64,000 bases of DNA, from contig CAVQVT010000008.1 of assembly GCA_963717255.1 (NCBI GenBank), positions 4,134 through 68,133 on the forward strand, read 5' to 3'. Every line of letters begins with the position of its first letter. Position 1 is the first letter of the stretch. Shown one piece after another: positions 20,539 to 29,242 of the stretch. A program made the position numbers and the translations under genes. The DNA is from an uncultured Chloroflexia bacterium (GTDB lineage Bacteria; Chloroflexota; Limnocylindria; Limnocylindrales; CSP1-4). Below the pieces are notes generated by a model. It was not told the DNA's origin, searched no databases, and worked only from the letters and a program-made list of their open reading frames with translations.

Positions 20539-21662
20539 GTCGCCATCTCCCCTGCGCCGGCGATCGCGTCGCCCCGGGCGCCGGCAGCCTCGCCCCCGAA
20601 GCTGGAGGATCCGGGCATCGCCGGGCCGGGGGCCCGTGTGAGCGGGAGGTCGATCGTGAAGGTGGAGCCGATCCCCTCCTCGGACTCGACCCGGACCGTC
20701 CCGCCGTGCGCCTGAGCGACGTGGCGGACGATCGCGAGGCCGAGCCCTGTGCCGCCGGTGCCCCGCTGGCGCGCCCGGTCGACCTTGTAGAACCGTTCGA
20801 AGATCCGGTCCCGGTCGGCCCACGGGATGCCGGCCCCCTGGTCGATGACGGCGACCGTCGCCGTCTCCTCCGCCGCCGTGACGCGCACGACCACGACGTC
20901 GCCGGGCTCGCTGAACTTCACGGCGTTGTGCACGAGATTGAGGATCACCTGCCCGAGCCGCGTCGGGTCGCCGCGGACGACCGGGGCCGTCCCCGGGACC
21001 TCGATCGAAAGCACCACGCCGCTCCGCTCGGCGAAGATGCGCAGGCGCTCGACCTGTTCCCGGGCGACGTCCGCAAGGTCGAGGTCGGCCAGCATGAGCG
21101 GCTGGCCACCCTCGATCGATGCCAGGTCCAGGAGCTCCGACACCATCTGGGCGAGCTGGGCGGCCTCGACCTGAAGGCGCTCGAGCCGCTCGCGTGCGCG
21201 GGGCGGGAATCCCCCCGCGTCACGGACCAGCATCTCCAGGAGGAGGTTCACGTTCGTGACCGGCGTGCGGAGCTCGTGGGAGAGGTTGTCCAGGAACTCG
21301 GCGCGGATCCGCTGAAGCCGGCGCAGCTCCGTGACGTCCTCGAGCACGATCCAGGTGAGCTCGTCGGGCCCGCGGCGCGCCCGGGCCACGAGCCAGCGGC
21401 CGTCGGAGATGCGCGGCGGCAGGTCGCCGGCGGCCGAACCCTGCCGGCGCGCCGCCGAGACGAGGTCCTCCACGCGGTGGTCGAGGAACGCCTCCATCGC
21501 GCTGCCCCCGACGAGCGTGCCCGGACGGCGGTCGAGGATCCGGTGGGCGCCGGCGCTCGCGAAGGCGATCGTGTTCATGCGATCGACCGCCAGGATCCCC
21601 TCGACCAGGTCGTCGGCGACGACGAAGCCCCCGGCACCGGGTGCGGCGCCTCGATCGTCCAC
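20535..21662 (-). CDS. Soluble PAS-domain sensor histidine kinase (PhoR/SenX3-like; no TM segment seen)
   Basis: PAS-like N-terminus, H-box FLDNLSHELRTPV, and HATPase N/G boxes (NLVHNAVKF, DQGAGIP, GTGLGLAIV). Confidence 0.85.
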   Translation of the reverse strand: MDDRGAAPGAGGFVVADDLVEGILAVDRMNTIAFASAGAHRILDRRPGTLVGGSAMEAFLDHRVEDLVSAARRQGSAAGDLPPRISDGRWLVARARRGPDELTWIVLEDVTELRRLQRIRAEFLDNLSHELRTPVTNVNLLLEMLVRDAGGFPPRARERLERLQVEAAQLAQMVSELLDLASIEGGQPLMLADLDLADVAREQVERLRIFAERSGVVLSIEVPGTAPVVRGDPTRLGQVILNLVHNAVKFSEPGDVVVVRVTAAEETATVAVIDQGAGIPWADRDRIFERFYKVDRARQRGTGGTGLGLAIVRHVAQAHGGTVRVESEEGIGSTFTIDLPLTRAPGPAMPGSSSFGGEAAGARGDAIAGAGEMAT

Positions 21663-21712
21663 GATGACGGCGAGGCGCGCCGGGCGGACGGAGGGCGGGG
21701 CCCGCCCGGCCG

Positions 21713-23404
21713 TCAGCCGCGGAGCAGCGCCTCGACCTCCGCGAGAGGGCGGACGGCGCGCTCCCCGGTCTCGCGCACCGTCACCTCGGCACCGCCGGCC
21801 GCGAGGCTCCGCGGGCTGACGGTGACGATGAGCGGCATGCCGAGCAGCTCGGCGTCGGTGAGCTTCACGCCCGGCGACTCGTCCCGGTCGTCGTACAGGG
21901 CCTCGCGGCCGGCCGCGAAGGCGAGGTCATGAAGCGAGTCCGCCACCTCGGCGACCTTCGGGTCCCGTGTCGCCCCGATCGAGACGATGTGCGCCTGGTA
22001 CGGCGCCACCTCGGTCGGCCAGACGATCCCCTTCTCGTCGTGGTGCGCCTCGACGATGCACGCGAGCGCACGCCCGACGCCGATGCCGTAGCTGCCCATC
22101 ACGATCGGGTGTTCCAGCCCGTCCTCGCCGAGGTAGGTCGCGCCGAGCGCCTGCGTGTACTTCGTGCCGAGCTTGAAGATGTTCCCGACCTCGATGCCGT
22201 TCCGCAGGACGACCGGCGCCCCGCAGTTCGGACATCCGTCGCCCTCCCGGGCGCTCGTGAGATCCGCGACCAGGTCGGGTGCGTAGTCGCGCCCGACGTT
22301 CACGTTCCGCAGGTGGTAGCCCTCGCGGTTCGCACCCGCGACCAGGTTGGCCGAACGCGCGACGAGCTCGTCGACGACGACGTAGGCGCCGCTCGCGCCC
22401 ACGGGCGACGCGTAGCCGGGGACCATCCCGGCCGCCGTGATCTCGTCCGGGTGCGCCGCGCGGAGCCCGGTCGTCCGCAGGGCGTTCACGAGCTTCGTCT
22501 CGTTCACGTCCATGTCGCCGCGGACGATCGCGGTCACGAGGCGGCCGTCGTCGGTCACGACGAAGAGGGCCTTGGCCGTCCGCTCGGCACTCACCCCGAG
22601 GAAGGCCGCCAGGTCGGCGATCGTGGCCGTGCCCGGCGTCTCCACCTCTTCCAGGGGCAGCGGCTCCTCGGCCGGCGGCTCGGAGACGCGGGTCTGCGCG
22701 ACCTGGCGGTTCGCGGAGAAGCCGCACCTCTCGCAGAGGACGAGGACGTCCTCTCCGGCGGGGTTGAGGAACATGAACTCGTGCGCCTGGGAGCCGCCCA
22801 TCATCCCGACGTCCGACGCGACGGGGATCGTGGGCACGCCCAGGCGGTCGAAGATCCGCGTGTACGCCGCGTAGTGCTTGTCGTAGCTGGCGTCGAGGCC
22901 CGCCTCGTCCGCGTCGCAGGTGTAGCTGTCCTTCATGACGAACTCGCGGACGCGGATGAGGCCGCCGCGCGAGCGCGGCTCATCCCGGAACTTCGTCTGG
23001 AAGTGGTAGACCATCATCGGGAGCTGGCGGTACGACTTCACGACGTCCCGCAGGAGCGACGCGACGACCTCTTCGTGCGTCATCGCGAGGACCATGTCGC
23101 GGCCGCCGCGGTCCTTGAACCGCGCCATCTCCGCCCCGATCGAGTACCAGCGCCCGGTCTCCTTCCACAGGTCCGCCGGGTGGACGACCGGCATCTCCAT
23201 CTCCTGGCAGCCGATGGCGTCCATCTCCTCGCGGATCACCTGCTCGACGCGCCTGCTGACGCGGTAACCGAGCGGGAGGAGCGAGTAGATGCCCGACCCG
23301 AGCTGTCGGACGTAGCCGGCCCGGACGAGGAGGCGGTGGGAGGGCATCTCCGCGTCGGCGGGATCGTCGCGGAGCGTGGTGAAGAAGAAGTGGCTCAGGC
23401 GCAT
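21713..23404 (-). CDS. proS: Proline--tRNA ligase
   Basis: MRLSHFFFTTLRDDPADAEMPSHRLLVRAGYVRQLGSGIYSLLPLG... is a full-length 563-aa class II aaRS. Confidence 0.95.
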   Translation of the reverse strand: MRLSHFFFTTLRDDPADAEMPSHRLLVRAGYVRQLGSGIYSLLPLGYRVSRRVEQVIREEMDAIGCQEMEMPVVHPADLWKETGRWYSIGAEMARFKDRGGRDMVLAMTHEEVVASLLRDVVKSYRQLPMMVYHFQTKFRDEPRSRGGLIRVREFVMKDSYTCDADEAGLDASYDKHYAAYTRIFDRLGVPTIPVASDVGMMGGSQAHEFMFLNPAGEDVLVLCERCGFSANRQVAQTRVSEPPAEEPLPLEEVETPGTATIADLAAFLGVSAERTAKALFVVTDDGRLVTAIVRGDMDVNETKLVNALRTTGLRAAHPDEITAAGMVPGYASPVGASGAYVVVDELVARSANLVAGANREGYHLRNVNVGRDYAPDLVADLTSAREGDGCPNCGAPVVLRNGIEVGNIFKLGTKYTQALGATYLGEDGLEHPIVMGSYGIGVGRALACIVEAHHDEKGIVWPTEVAPYQAHIVSIGATRDPKVAEVADSLHDLAFAAGREALYDDRDESPGVKLTDAELLGMPLIVTVSPRSLAAGGAEVTVRETGERAVRPLAEVEALLRG

Positions 23405-23502
23405 GCGCGAAGGATACCCGGCGAAGAGGTCGAGGTCGGCCCGCGGGAGGCGCCACTCGAGCCACGAGCGACGGGGGATCCGCAGACGGTGGGGGACGGT
23501 AC

Positions 23503-23517
23503 GTTAACGCCGTTCAC
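23503..23517. promoter_or_regulatory. Quasi-palindromic operator candidate GTTAAC-gcc-GTTCAC upstream of the PiT gene
   Basis: Read directly. It is 16/17 identical to GTGAACGCCGTTCACAC at 50221-50237 upstream of pstS2. Confidence 0.5.
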
Positions 23518-23584
23518 ACTGCGATACCATCGCCCCTCGAGGGCGGACGGGGCGAGCCTCCGGACCACCTCGCCGACCCGAGAG

Positions 23585-24613
23585 GTGATTCGCACGAACC
23601 TCGAGGCGTTCACCCCGCTGCTCCTGATCGTCATCGCGCTCGCCGTCCTGTTCGACTACGTGAACGGGTTCCACGACACGGCGAACGCGATCGCCACGTC
23701 GGTGGCGACGCAGGCCCTCCGCCCGGCCTACGCCATCGCCATGGCCACCGCCTTCAACTTCATCGGCGCCTTCGCCGGGACCGCCGTCGCGAAGACCATC
23801 GGCTCGGGCCTCGTGAACGACGAGTCCACGACGCTCGTGATCGTCGCCGCCGCGCTCATCGGCGCGATCACGTGGAACCTCATCACGTGGTGGCTGGGAC
23901 TCCCCTCCTCGAGCAGCCACGCCCTCATCGGCGGCCTGCTGGGGGCGACGATCATCGGGGCGGGCTGGGACCAGCTCAAGTGGGGCGACCTGACGTCCGG
24001 GATCATCGGGAAGGTCGTCGTCCCGCTCGTGACCTCGCCGATGCTCGGCTTCGCGATCGGCTTCCTCTTCATGGTCGCGCTGCTCTGGATCTTCCGGCGT
24101 GCGACGCGGAGGATCCTCGCGCGCCGTTTCCGCCGGCTGCAGGTCTTCTCTGCGGGCTTCATGGCGTTCGCGCACGGCTCCAACGACGCCCAGAAGACGA
24201 TGGGGATCATCACCCTGGCGCTGTTCTCGGCCGGCGTCATCGACACGAACACGGTCCCGTCGTGGGTCATCCTCATCGCCGCGACCGCCCTCAGCGCGGG
24301 GACGGCGGTCGGTGGCTGGCGGATCATGAAGACGATGGGCCAGAAGGTCGTGGACCTCGAGCCCGTCCACGGCTTCGCTGCCGAGACGACCGGCGCTTCG
24401 ATCATCTTCGGGGCCGCGCAGATGGGCATGCCGGTCTCGACGACCCAGGTGATCTCGAGCGCGATCATGGGCGTCGGCACCAGCAAGGGCGTGAAGCACG
24501 TCCGTTGGGGCGTCGCCCGCGACATCCTGACGGCGTGGGCCCTCACGCTCCCCATGGCCGGGCTCATCGGCGCGGCGGCCTGGTGGGTCCTCAACGCCCT
24601 CGGCATCCAGTGA
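23585..24613 (+). CDS. pit: Inorganic phosphate transporter, PiT family
   Basis: LLIVIALAVLFDYVNGFHDTANAIATSV...FAHGSNDAQKTMGII. Only the C-terminal third of track ORF 21929..24613 is real. The start is set at the GTG at 23585 and is uncertain by some codons. Confidence 0.85.
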   Translation: MIRTNLEAFTPLLLIVIALAVLFDYVNGFHDTANAIATSVATQALRPAYAIAMATAFNFIGAFAGTAVAKTIGSGLVNDESTTLVIVAAALIGAITWNLITWWLGLPSSSSHALIGGLLGATIIGAGWDQLKWGDLTSGIIGKVVVPLVTSPMLGFAIGFLFMVALLWIFRRATRRILARRFRRLQVFSAGFMAFAHGSNDAQKTMGIITLALFSAGVIDTNTVPSWVILIAATALSAGTAVGGWRIMKTMGQKVVDLEPVHGFAAETTGASIIFGAAQMGMPVSTTQVISSAIMGVGTSKGVKHVRWGVARDILTAWALTLPMAGLIGAAAWWVLNALGIQ

Positions 24614-24676
24614 CGACCGACCGCGGCGTCCGCCGTGCACCCTTCCCGCGACCGGCGGGCCCGAGAGGAGACGACG

Positions 24677-25291
24677 ATGGTGCGGATCATCCCGCGTGAC
24701 GAGAAGTTCCAGGAGCTCTTCGTCCAGGACGGCGCGAACCTGCTCGAGGCGGCGCACAAGCTCGAGGATCTGATCGGCGTCTACGACCGGCTCGAGGAGC
24801 GCGTCGCCGAGATCCGGGTCCTCGAGCACCGTGGCGACGAGATCGACATGGAAGCCGAGGTCCGCCTGGACCGTGCATTCATCACGCCGTTCGACCGGTC
24901 GGACATCCACGACCTCGTCTCGCGCATCGACGACGTCCTCGACGGGATCCAGGAGATCGCGGAGACCTTCATCATCTACGGCGTGGAGGCCACGACGGAC
25001 GACGCGAAGCGCCTGGCAGCCATCCTCTCCGCGCAGGCCGCCCAGCTCAATGAGGCGCTCGGGAAGCTCGACAACCTCAAGGGCATCGAGGCGAACCTCA
25101 AGGAGATCCACGAGCTGGAGAACGAGGCCGACGGCCTCTCGCGCGCCGCCGTGGCCCGCCTCTTCCACAACGACCCCGACCCGCTGAACGTCATCAAGTG
25201 GCGCGACATCTACATCGCGCTCGAGAACACGATCGACGCGGCCGAAGACGCCGGCGAGGTCATCGAGAAGATCGTCGCGAAGGCCGGGTGA
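24677..25291 (+). CDS. DUF47 family protein (PhoU-like Pit accessory protein)
   Basis: MVRIIPRDEKFQELFVQDGANLLEAA...HRGDEI...ITPFDRSDIHDLVSRIDDVLD...LENEADGL. RBS GAGAGGAG. Confidence 0.85.
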   Translation: MVRIIPRDEKFQELFVQDGANLLEAAHKLEDLIGVYDRLEERVAEIRVLEHRGDEIDMEAEVRLDRAFITPFDRSDIHDLVSRIDDVLDGIQEIAETFIIYGVEATTDDAKRLAAILSAQAAQLNEALGKLDNLKGIEANLKEIHELENEADGLSRAAVARLFHNDPDPLNVIKWRDIYIALENTIDAAEDAGEVIEKIVAKAG

Positions 25292-25312
25292 CACCCCCCC
25301 GGGGGGGGTGTC
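25290..25312. terminator. Palindrome GACA-C7 / G8-TGTC at the convergent gene junction
   Basis: Read directly. It starts inside the TGA of the DUF47 gene. Confidence 0.45.
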
Positions 25313-25319
25313 GGGCGCC

Positions 25320-25688
25320 TCAGCTCGCCGCCCGAACGTCGCCGAGCTGCACCCAGCGCAGGGCGTACGCGAGGTCGATCTCGTCGACCGCATCGGCGCT
25401 GCGGGCCGGTCCGTGGACACCCGCGAGGAGCCGACGTCCTTCGCGCGCATACGAAGCGGCAAGGGCCGAGCGGGTCCGGATCGGTACGAGGTGGGTGAGG
25501 ACCGTCTCGACGTCGCTGTCGGACGGACGCGCCAGCCACGATGGAGGTCGTCGCCCCTCCTCGTCGATCAGGAGCATCGCGGCCGCAAGAGTCGAGAGGC
25601 GGAGCATCGCGCCGCGGGGTGTGCCCGGGCGATGGGTGAGGTGCCGTCGAGGTGACCGGGGCAGCGTGGCGACCGTCGTGCGTGCCAT
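25320..25688 (-). CDS. Hypothetical protein
   Basis: 122-aa ORF. The C-terminal half looks protein-like (DVETVLTHLVPIRTRSALAASYAREGRRLLAG...IDLAYALRWVQLGD). I recognise no family. Confidence 0.35.
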   Translation of the reverse strand: MARTTVATLPRSPRRHLTHRPGTPRGAMLRLSTLAAAMLLIDEEGRRPPSWLARPSDSDVETVLTHLVPIRTRSALAASYAREGRRLLAGVHGPARSADAVDEIDLAYALRWVQLGDVRAAS

Positions 25689-25752
25689 GGTCGAGACGCT
25701 GGACCCATCGGGTCAACGCGGCATGAACCGCCGGTGAAGGTTCGGGCGACGC

Positions 25753-26457
25753 TCAGGCGGGGCGGCGGAGCACGTATCCGACGCCACGGACCGTCTGGAG
25801 GAGGACCGGGTTCGCGGGGTCCGCCTCGATCGCGCTCCGCGCCCAGTGGATGTGGACGTCGACCGTCCGCGTCTCGCCCGCGTAGTCGTAGCCCCAGACG
25901 CGCTCGAGGAGCTGCTCGCGGGTGAAGACCTGTCCCGGGTGACGAAGCAGGAAGGCGAGGACCTCGAACACCTTCGGCTTGACCGGGACCTCGATCCCCT
26001 CGCGGAGGATCCGGTGGCCGGCCAGGTCCACCTGCACGGTCCCGAGATCGACGACGGGCGCGGGCCGCTCCGAGATGCTCCGCAGGTCGGAGCGCCGGAA
26101 GACGGCCCGGACGCGCGCCACGAGCTCGCGGAGGCTGAAGGGCTTCGTGACGTAGTCGTCCGCACCGAGCTCGAGGCCCACGACCTTGTCCACCTCGCCG
26201 CCCTTCGCGGTCAGCATGATGATCGGCACATCGGCCTCCGCGCGGATGATCCGGCAGACCTCGACGCCGGAGAGCTCCGGCAGCATGAGGTCGAGCAGGA
26301 TGAGGTCCGGCCGGTCCGCCCGGAAGCGCTCGAGGGCCTCGCGGCCGTCCGCGGCGAGCGTGACCCGGAAGCCCTCGGCTTCGAGGGTCTCGCCGACCGT
26401 CTCACGGACCGTCTGCTCGTCGTCCACGACGAGGATCGAGCGGCTCATCTCCGGCAT
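25753..26457 (-). CDS. OmpR/PhoB-family response regulator (PhoP/RegX3-like)
   Basis: ILVVDDEQTVRETV...DLILLDLMLPELSG...IIMLTAKG...DDYVTKPF plus a winged-helix C-terminus LTxxEFxxL-like ...VDVHIHWARSAIE...TVRGVGYVL. Confidence 0.9.
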   Translation of the reverse strand: MPEMSRSILVVDDEQTVRETVGETLEAEGFRVTLAADGREALERFRADRPDLILLDLMLPELSGVEVCRIIRAEADVPIIMLTAKGGEVDKVVGLELGADDYVTKPFSLRELVARVRAVFRRSDLRSISERPAPVVDLGTVQVDLAGHRILREGIEVPVKPKVFEVLAFLLRHPGQVFTREQLLERVWGYDYAGETRTVDVHIHWARSAIEADPANPVLLQTVRGVGYVLRRPA

Positions 26458-26471
26458 CGTGGGGGCACCGG

Positions 26472-26505
26472 GTGAACGACGCGTTAACGCTGCGTCGACG
26501 TTGAC
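26472..26505 (-). promoter_or_regulatory. Hexamer array immediately upstream of the response regulator gene. On the gene strand it reads GTCAAC GTCGAC-n5-GTTAAC-n5-GTTCAC (11-bp phasing).
   Basis: Read directly. Plus-strand hexamers are GTGAAC 26472, GTTAAC 26483, GTCGAC 26494 and GTTGAC 26500. Confidence 0.45.
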
Positions 26506-26542
26506 CCAGGAAACGCGAGGCCGCGGCGGGAACGGTGGTGCC

Positions 26543-28045
26543 TCAGGCGGACGGGGCAAGGCCGGCCACCAGCTCCCGTGCCCCAGCAAGGCGGGCGAGC
26601 GTGCGGGCGAACCCGAGCGCGACGAGCGTCTCGAAGAGCGGCGGGGTCGCGGTCCGCCCCGTGACGGCGACCCGGATGGCCATGAACAGGTCACCGGCCT
26701 TCCACCCGCGCGCCTCCGCAAGCGTCCGCAGCGTCGCCTCGAGACCCTGGGCGTCGAATGCCACCTCCCCGTTCGCCGCGATGGCGACGCGGGCCGCCTC
26801 GAGCGCGGCCGCCGTCGCCGCGACATCCCAGCGCTTCGGGACGACCAGCGAAGGATCGAGGTCGGGCGTCTCGACGAACAGGAAGCCGGCCACGTCCCCG
26901 ATCGCTCCGAGCACCGGCAGGCGCTCCTGGACGAGCGGGACGATCGCGCGGATCTCGTCGAGCGTGGGGAGTCGGTCGATCCGTCCCAGGATCCGGTCCG
27001 CGTCCAGGAAGGGCAGGAGGCGCTCGGCCAGGTCGTCCGGGTCGAGACGACGGATCCACTGGCCGTTCATCCACTCGAGCCGCTCCCGGTCGAAGACCGC
27101 GCCGGCCCGGTTCACGGCCGCCAGGTCGAACCGGGAGACGATCTCCTCGAGTGAGAGGATCTCCTCCTCGGTCCCGGTGGACCACCCGAGGAGTGCGAGG
27201 TAGTTGACGAGCGCCTCGCGGATGAAGCCCTGCGCGACGTAGTCGTCCACCGCGGTCTGGCTCTTCCGCTTGCTCATCTTCGACCGGTCCGGGTTGAGGA
27301 TGAGCGGCAGGTGGGCGAAGGCCGGGACCGCGTGCCCGAGGGCACGGAACAGGAGGATGTGCTTGGGCGTGTTCGACAGGTGGTCCTCGCCGCGGATCAC
27401 GTGCGTGATCCCCATCTCGGCGTCGTCGACGACCACGGTGAAGTGGTAGAGCGGCGTCCCGTCGGCGCGGACGATGACGAAGTCGCCCCCCAGGGCCGAT
27501 GCGTCGATCTCCACGTGCCCGCGGACGATGTCGTCGAACGCGACGACGCCCGCCGGCACGCGGAATCGGAGCGCGGCCCGCCGGCCTTCGGCCTCGAACG
27601 TGGCCCTCTGCTCCGCGGCGAGCGCGGCGCAGGTGCCCGGGTAGCGCGGGGGCTCCCCGGCCGCCTCCTGCCGCTTCCGTTCGGCGTCGAGCTCGTCGGG
27701 CGAGCAGTAGCACGGATACGCGAGGTCGGCGGCGAGGAGCCGGTCGGCCGCCGCCGCGTAGAGCGGGAGGCGCGCCATCTGCCGGTACGGGCCGAACGGC
27801 CCGCGCTCGTCGAGCCCGGCGACGGCCGGGCCCTCGTCCCACGTGAGTCCCAGGCCGTGGAGGCCGTCGAGGATGTCGCGCTCGAACGCCTCGGTGGAGC
27901 GGGCGACGTCCGTGTCCTCGAGCCGGAGGATGAACGTCCCGGCCTCGTGGCGGGCGAAGAGGTAGTTGAAGAGCGCGGTCCTCGCGGTCCCGATGTGGAG
28001 CGGGCCGGTGGGGCTCGGCGCGATGCGCACGCGGACGACGGTCAT
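26543..28045 (-). CDS. gltX: Glutamate--tRNA ligase
   Basis: VRVRIAPSPTGPLHIGTARTALFNYLFARH...FILRLEDTD...KMSKRK. Confidence 0.95.
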   Translation of the reverse strand: MTVVRVRIAPSPTGPLHIGTARTALFNYLFARHEAGTFILRLEDTDVARSTEAFERDILDGLHGLGLTWDEGPAVAGLDERGPFGPYRQMARLPLYAAAADRLLAADLAYPCYCSPDELDAERKRQEAAGEPPRYPGTCAALAAEQRATFEAEGRRAALRFRVPAGVVAFDDIVRGHVEIDASALGGDFVIVRADGTPLYHFTVVVDDAEMGITHVIRGEDHLSNTPKHILLFRALGHAVPAFAHLPLILNPDRSKMSKRKSQTAVDDYVAQGFIREALVNYLALLGWSTGTEEEILSLEEIVSRFDLAAVNRAGAVFDRERLEWMNGQWIRRLDPDDLAERLLPFLDADRILGRIDRLPTLDEIRAIVPLVQERLPVLGAIGDVAGFLFVETPDLDPSLVVPKRWDVAATAAALEAARVAIAANGEVAFDAQGLEATLRTLAEARGWKAGDLFMAIRVAVTGRTATPPLFETLVALGFARTLARLAGARELVAGLAPSA

Positions 28046-28175
28046 AGCGCCGAGGATACCGGCTCGGCTCGCCCGGGGATCGGAGACGGGCCTCGGGCGG
28101 ATGCACGTTGACGCACCGGGTGGACATCAGCGAACGGCGACGTGTCACCCTGCAGGCGAGCAGGGGGAGGCGCGC

Positions 28176-28634
28176 ATGATCGGAAAGACGCCGCAGCGGA
28201 AGAACATCGGGCTGGTCGCGCACGACAACAAGAAGCGCGACCTCATCGAGTGGGCGACCTACAACAGGGCGCTGCTCCTCCGTCACGACCTCGTCGCGAC
28301 GGGCACCACCGGCACGCTTCTCGAGGAGGCGCTCGGCGTCGGGGTGCGCAAGCTCCAGAGCGGACCGCTCGGCGGCGACCAGCAGCTGGGGGCGCTGATC
28401 GCGGACGGCGAGATCGACTTCCTCGTCTTCTTCTGGGACCCGCTCGAGCCGCAGCCGCACGACCCGGACGTGAAGGCCCTCCTGCGGATCGCGATCGTCT
28501 GGAACATCCCGGTCGCCTGCGACCGGGCGTCGGCGGACTTCATGATCTCGTCGCCGCTCATGGAGAGCGCGTATGAACGCGCCGTGCCCGACTACGGTCC
28601 GCACATCGGACGGACGATCGACGCAGTCGGCTGA
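28176..28634 (+). CDS. mgsA: Methylglyoxal synthase
   Basis: KNIGLVAHDNKKRDLIEWA...LVATGTTGTLLEE...GPLGGDQQLGALIADGEIDFLVFFWDPLEPQPHDPDVKALLRIAIVWNIPVA. RBS GGGGGAGG. Confidence 0.92.
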   Translation: MIGKTPQRKNIGLVAHDNKKRDLIEWATYNRALLLRHDLVATGTTGTLLEEALGVGVRKLQSGPLGGDQQLGALIADGEIDFLVFFWDPLEPQPHDPDVKALLRIAIVWNIPVACDRASADFMISSPLMESAYERAVPDYGPHIGRTIDAVG

Positions 28635-28669
28635 GCGGCCGGCGGGTCAGCGGGGATGGAGGAACGCGC

Positions 28670-29179
28670 GTGACCGGGATCATCAGGAGCCTGCTGCCGC
28701 TCGCGGTCGTCACCGCCGCCCTGGGCGTGTTGACTCTCTACCTCCTCGACGCGAACCCGACGGCCGGGCGATGGCTCCTCGCCGCGCTGCTGTTCGCGCA
28801 CGGGTGGGTCCACGTGATGTTCGCCTTCCCCCGGCCGTCCCGCACGGCGACCGAGGCTGGGGGTGCGCCCGCGTGGCCGTTCGACCTCGCCGACTCCTGG
28901 CTGGTCACCGGTGCCGGAGTCGCTGATGGCCCGGTGCACGCGATCGGGAGGATCCTCGTGGTCGTGACGCTCGCCGGGTTCCTGCTCGCGGCGCTCGCGA
29001 CGGTGGGGATCCTCGTCCCTGCCGCGTGGTGGCCCGCGCTCGTGCTCGGCTCCGCCGCGAGCTCCGCGCTCCTGCTCGGACTGTGCTTCTCGCCGACCCT
29101 GCTCCTCGGCCTCGCGATCGACGTGGCGCTCGCCTGGCTGGTGCTCTCGGGAACCTGGAGCCCGCCGGGCGACGCGTGA
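28670..29179 (+). CDS. Hypothetical integral membrane protein
   Basis: 169-aa ORF with 4 hydrophobic helices. GTG start follows GGATGGAGGAA. Confidence 0.55.
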   Translation: MTGIIRSLLPLAVVTAALGVLTLYLLDANPTAGRWLLAALLFAHGWVHVMFAFPRPSRTATEAGGAPAWPFDLADSWLVTGAGVADGPVHAIGRILVVVTLAGFLLAALATVGILVPAAWWPALVLGSAASSALLLGLCFSPTLLLGLAIDVALAWLVLSGTWSPPGDA

Positions 29180-29242
29180 CGGTGGGCCGGCCCCCTGCCC
29201 GACACGGAGCCCGACGCGTCGAGATCCGATCCCGGACCGGCG

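Noticed and set aside
21929-23584. N-terminal 550 codons of the 894-aa ORF 21929..24613
   Set aside because: This part is antisense to proS and non-protein-like. Only the C-terminal PiT transporter part (from about 23585) is real.
25308-25655. 115-aa plus-strand ORF overlapping the 25320..25688 minus ORF
   Set aside because: The translation is Arg/Gly-rich and less protein-like than the opposite-strand ORF, which itself has low confidence. There is no start signal.
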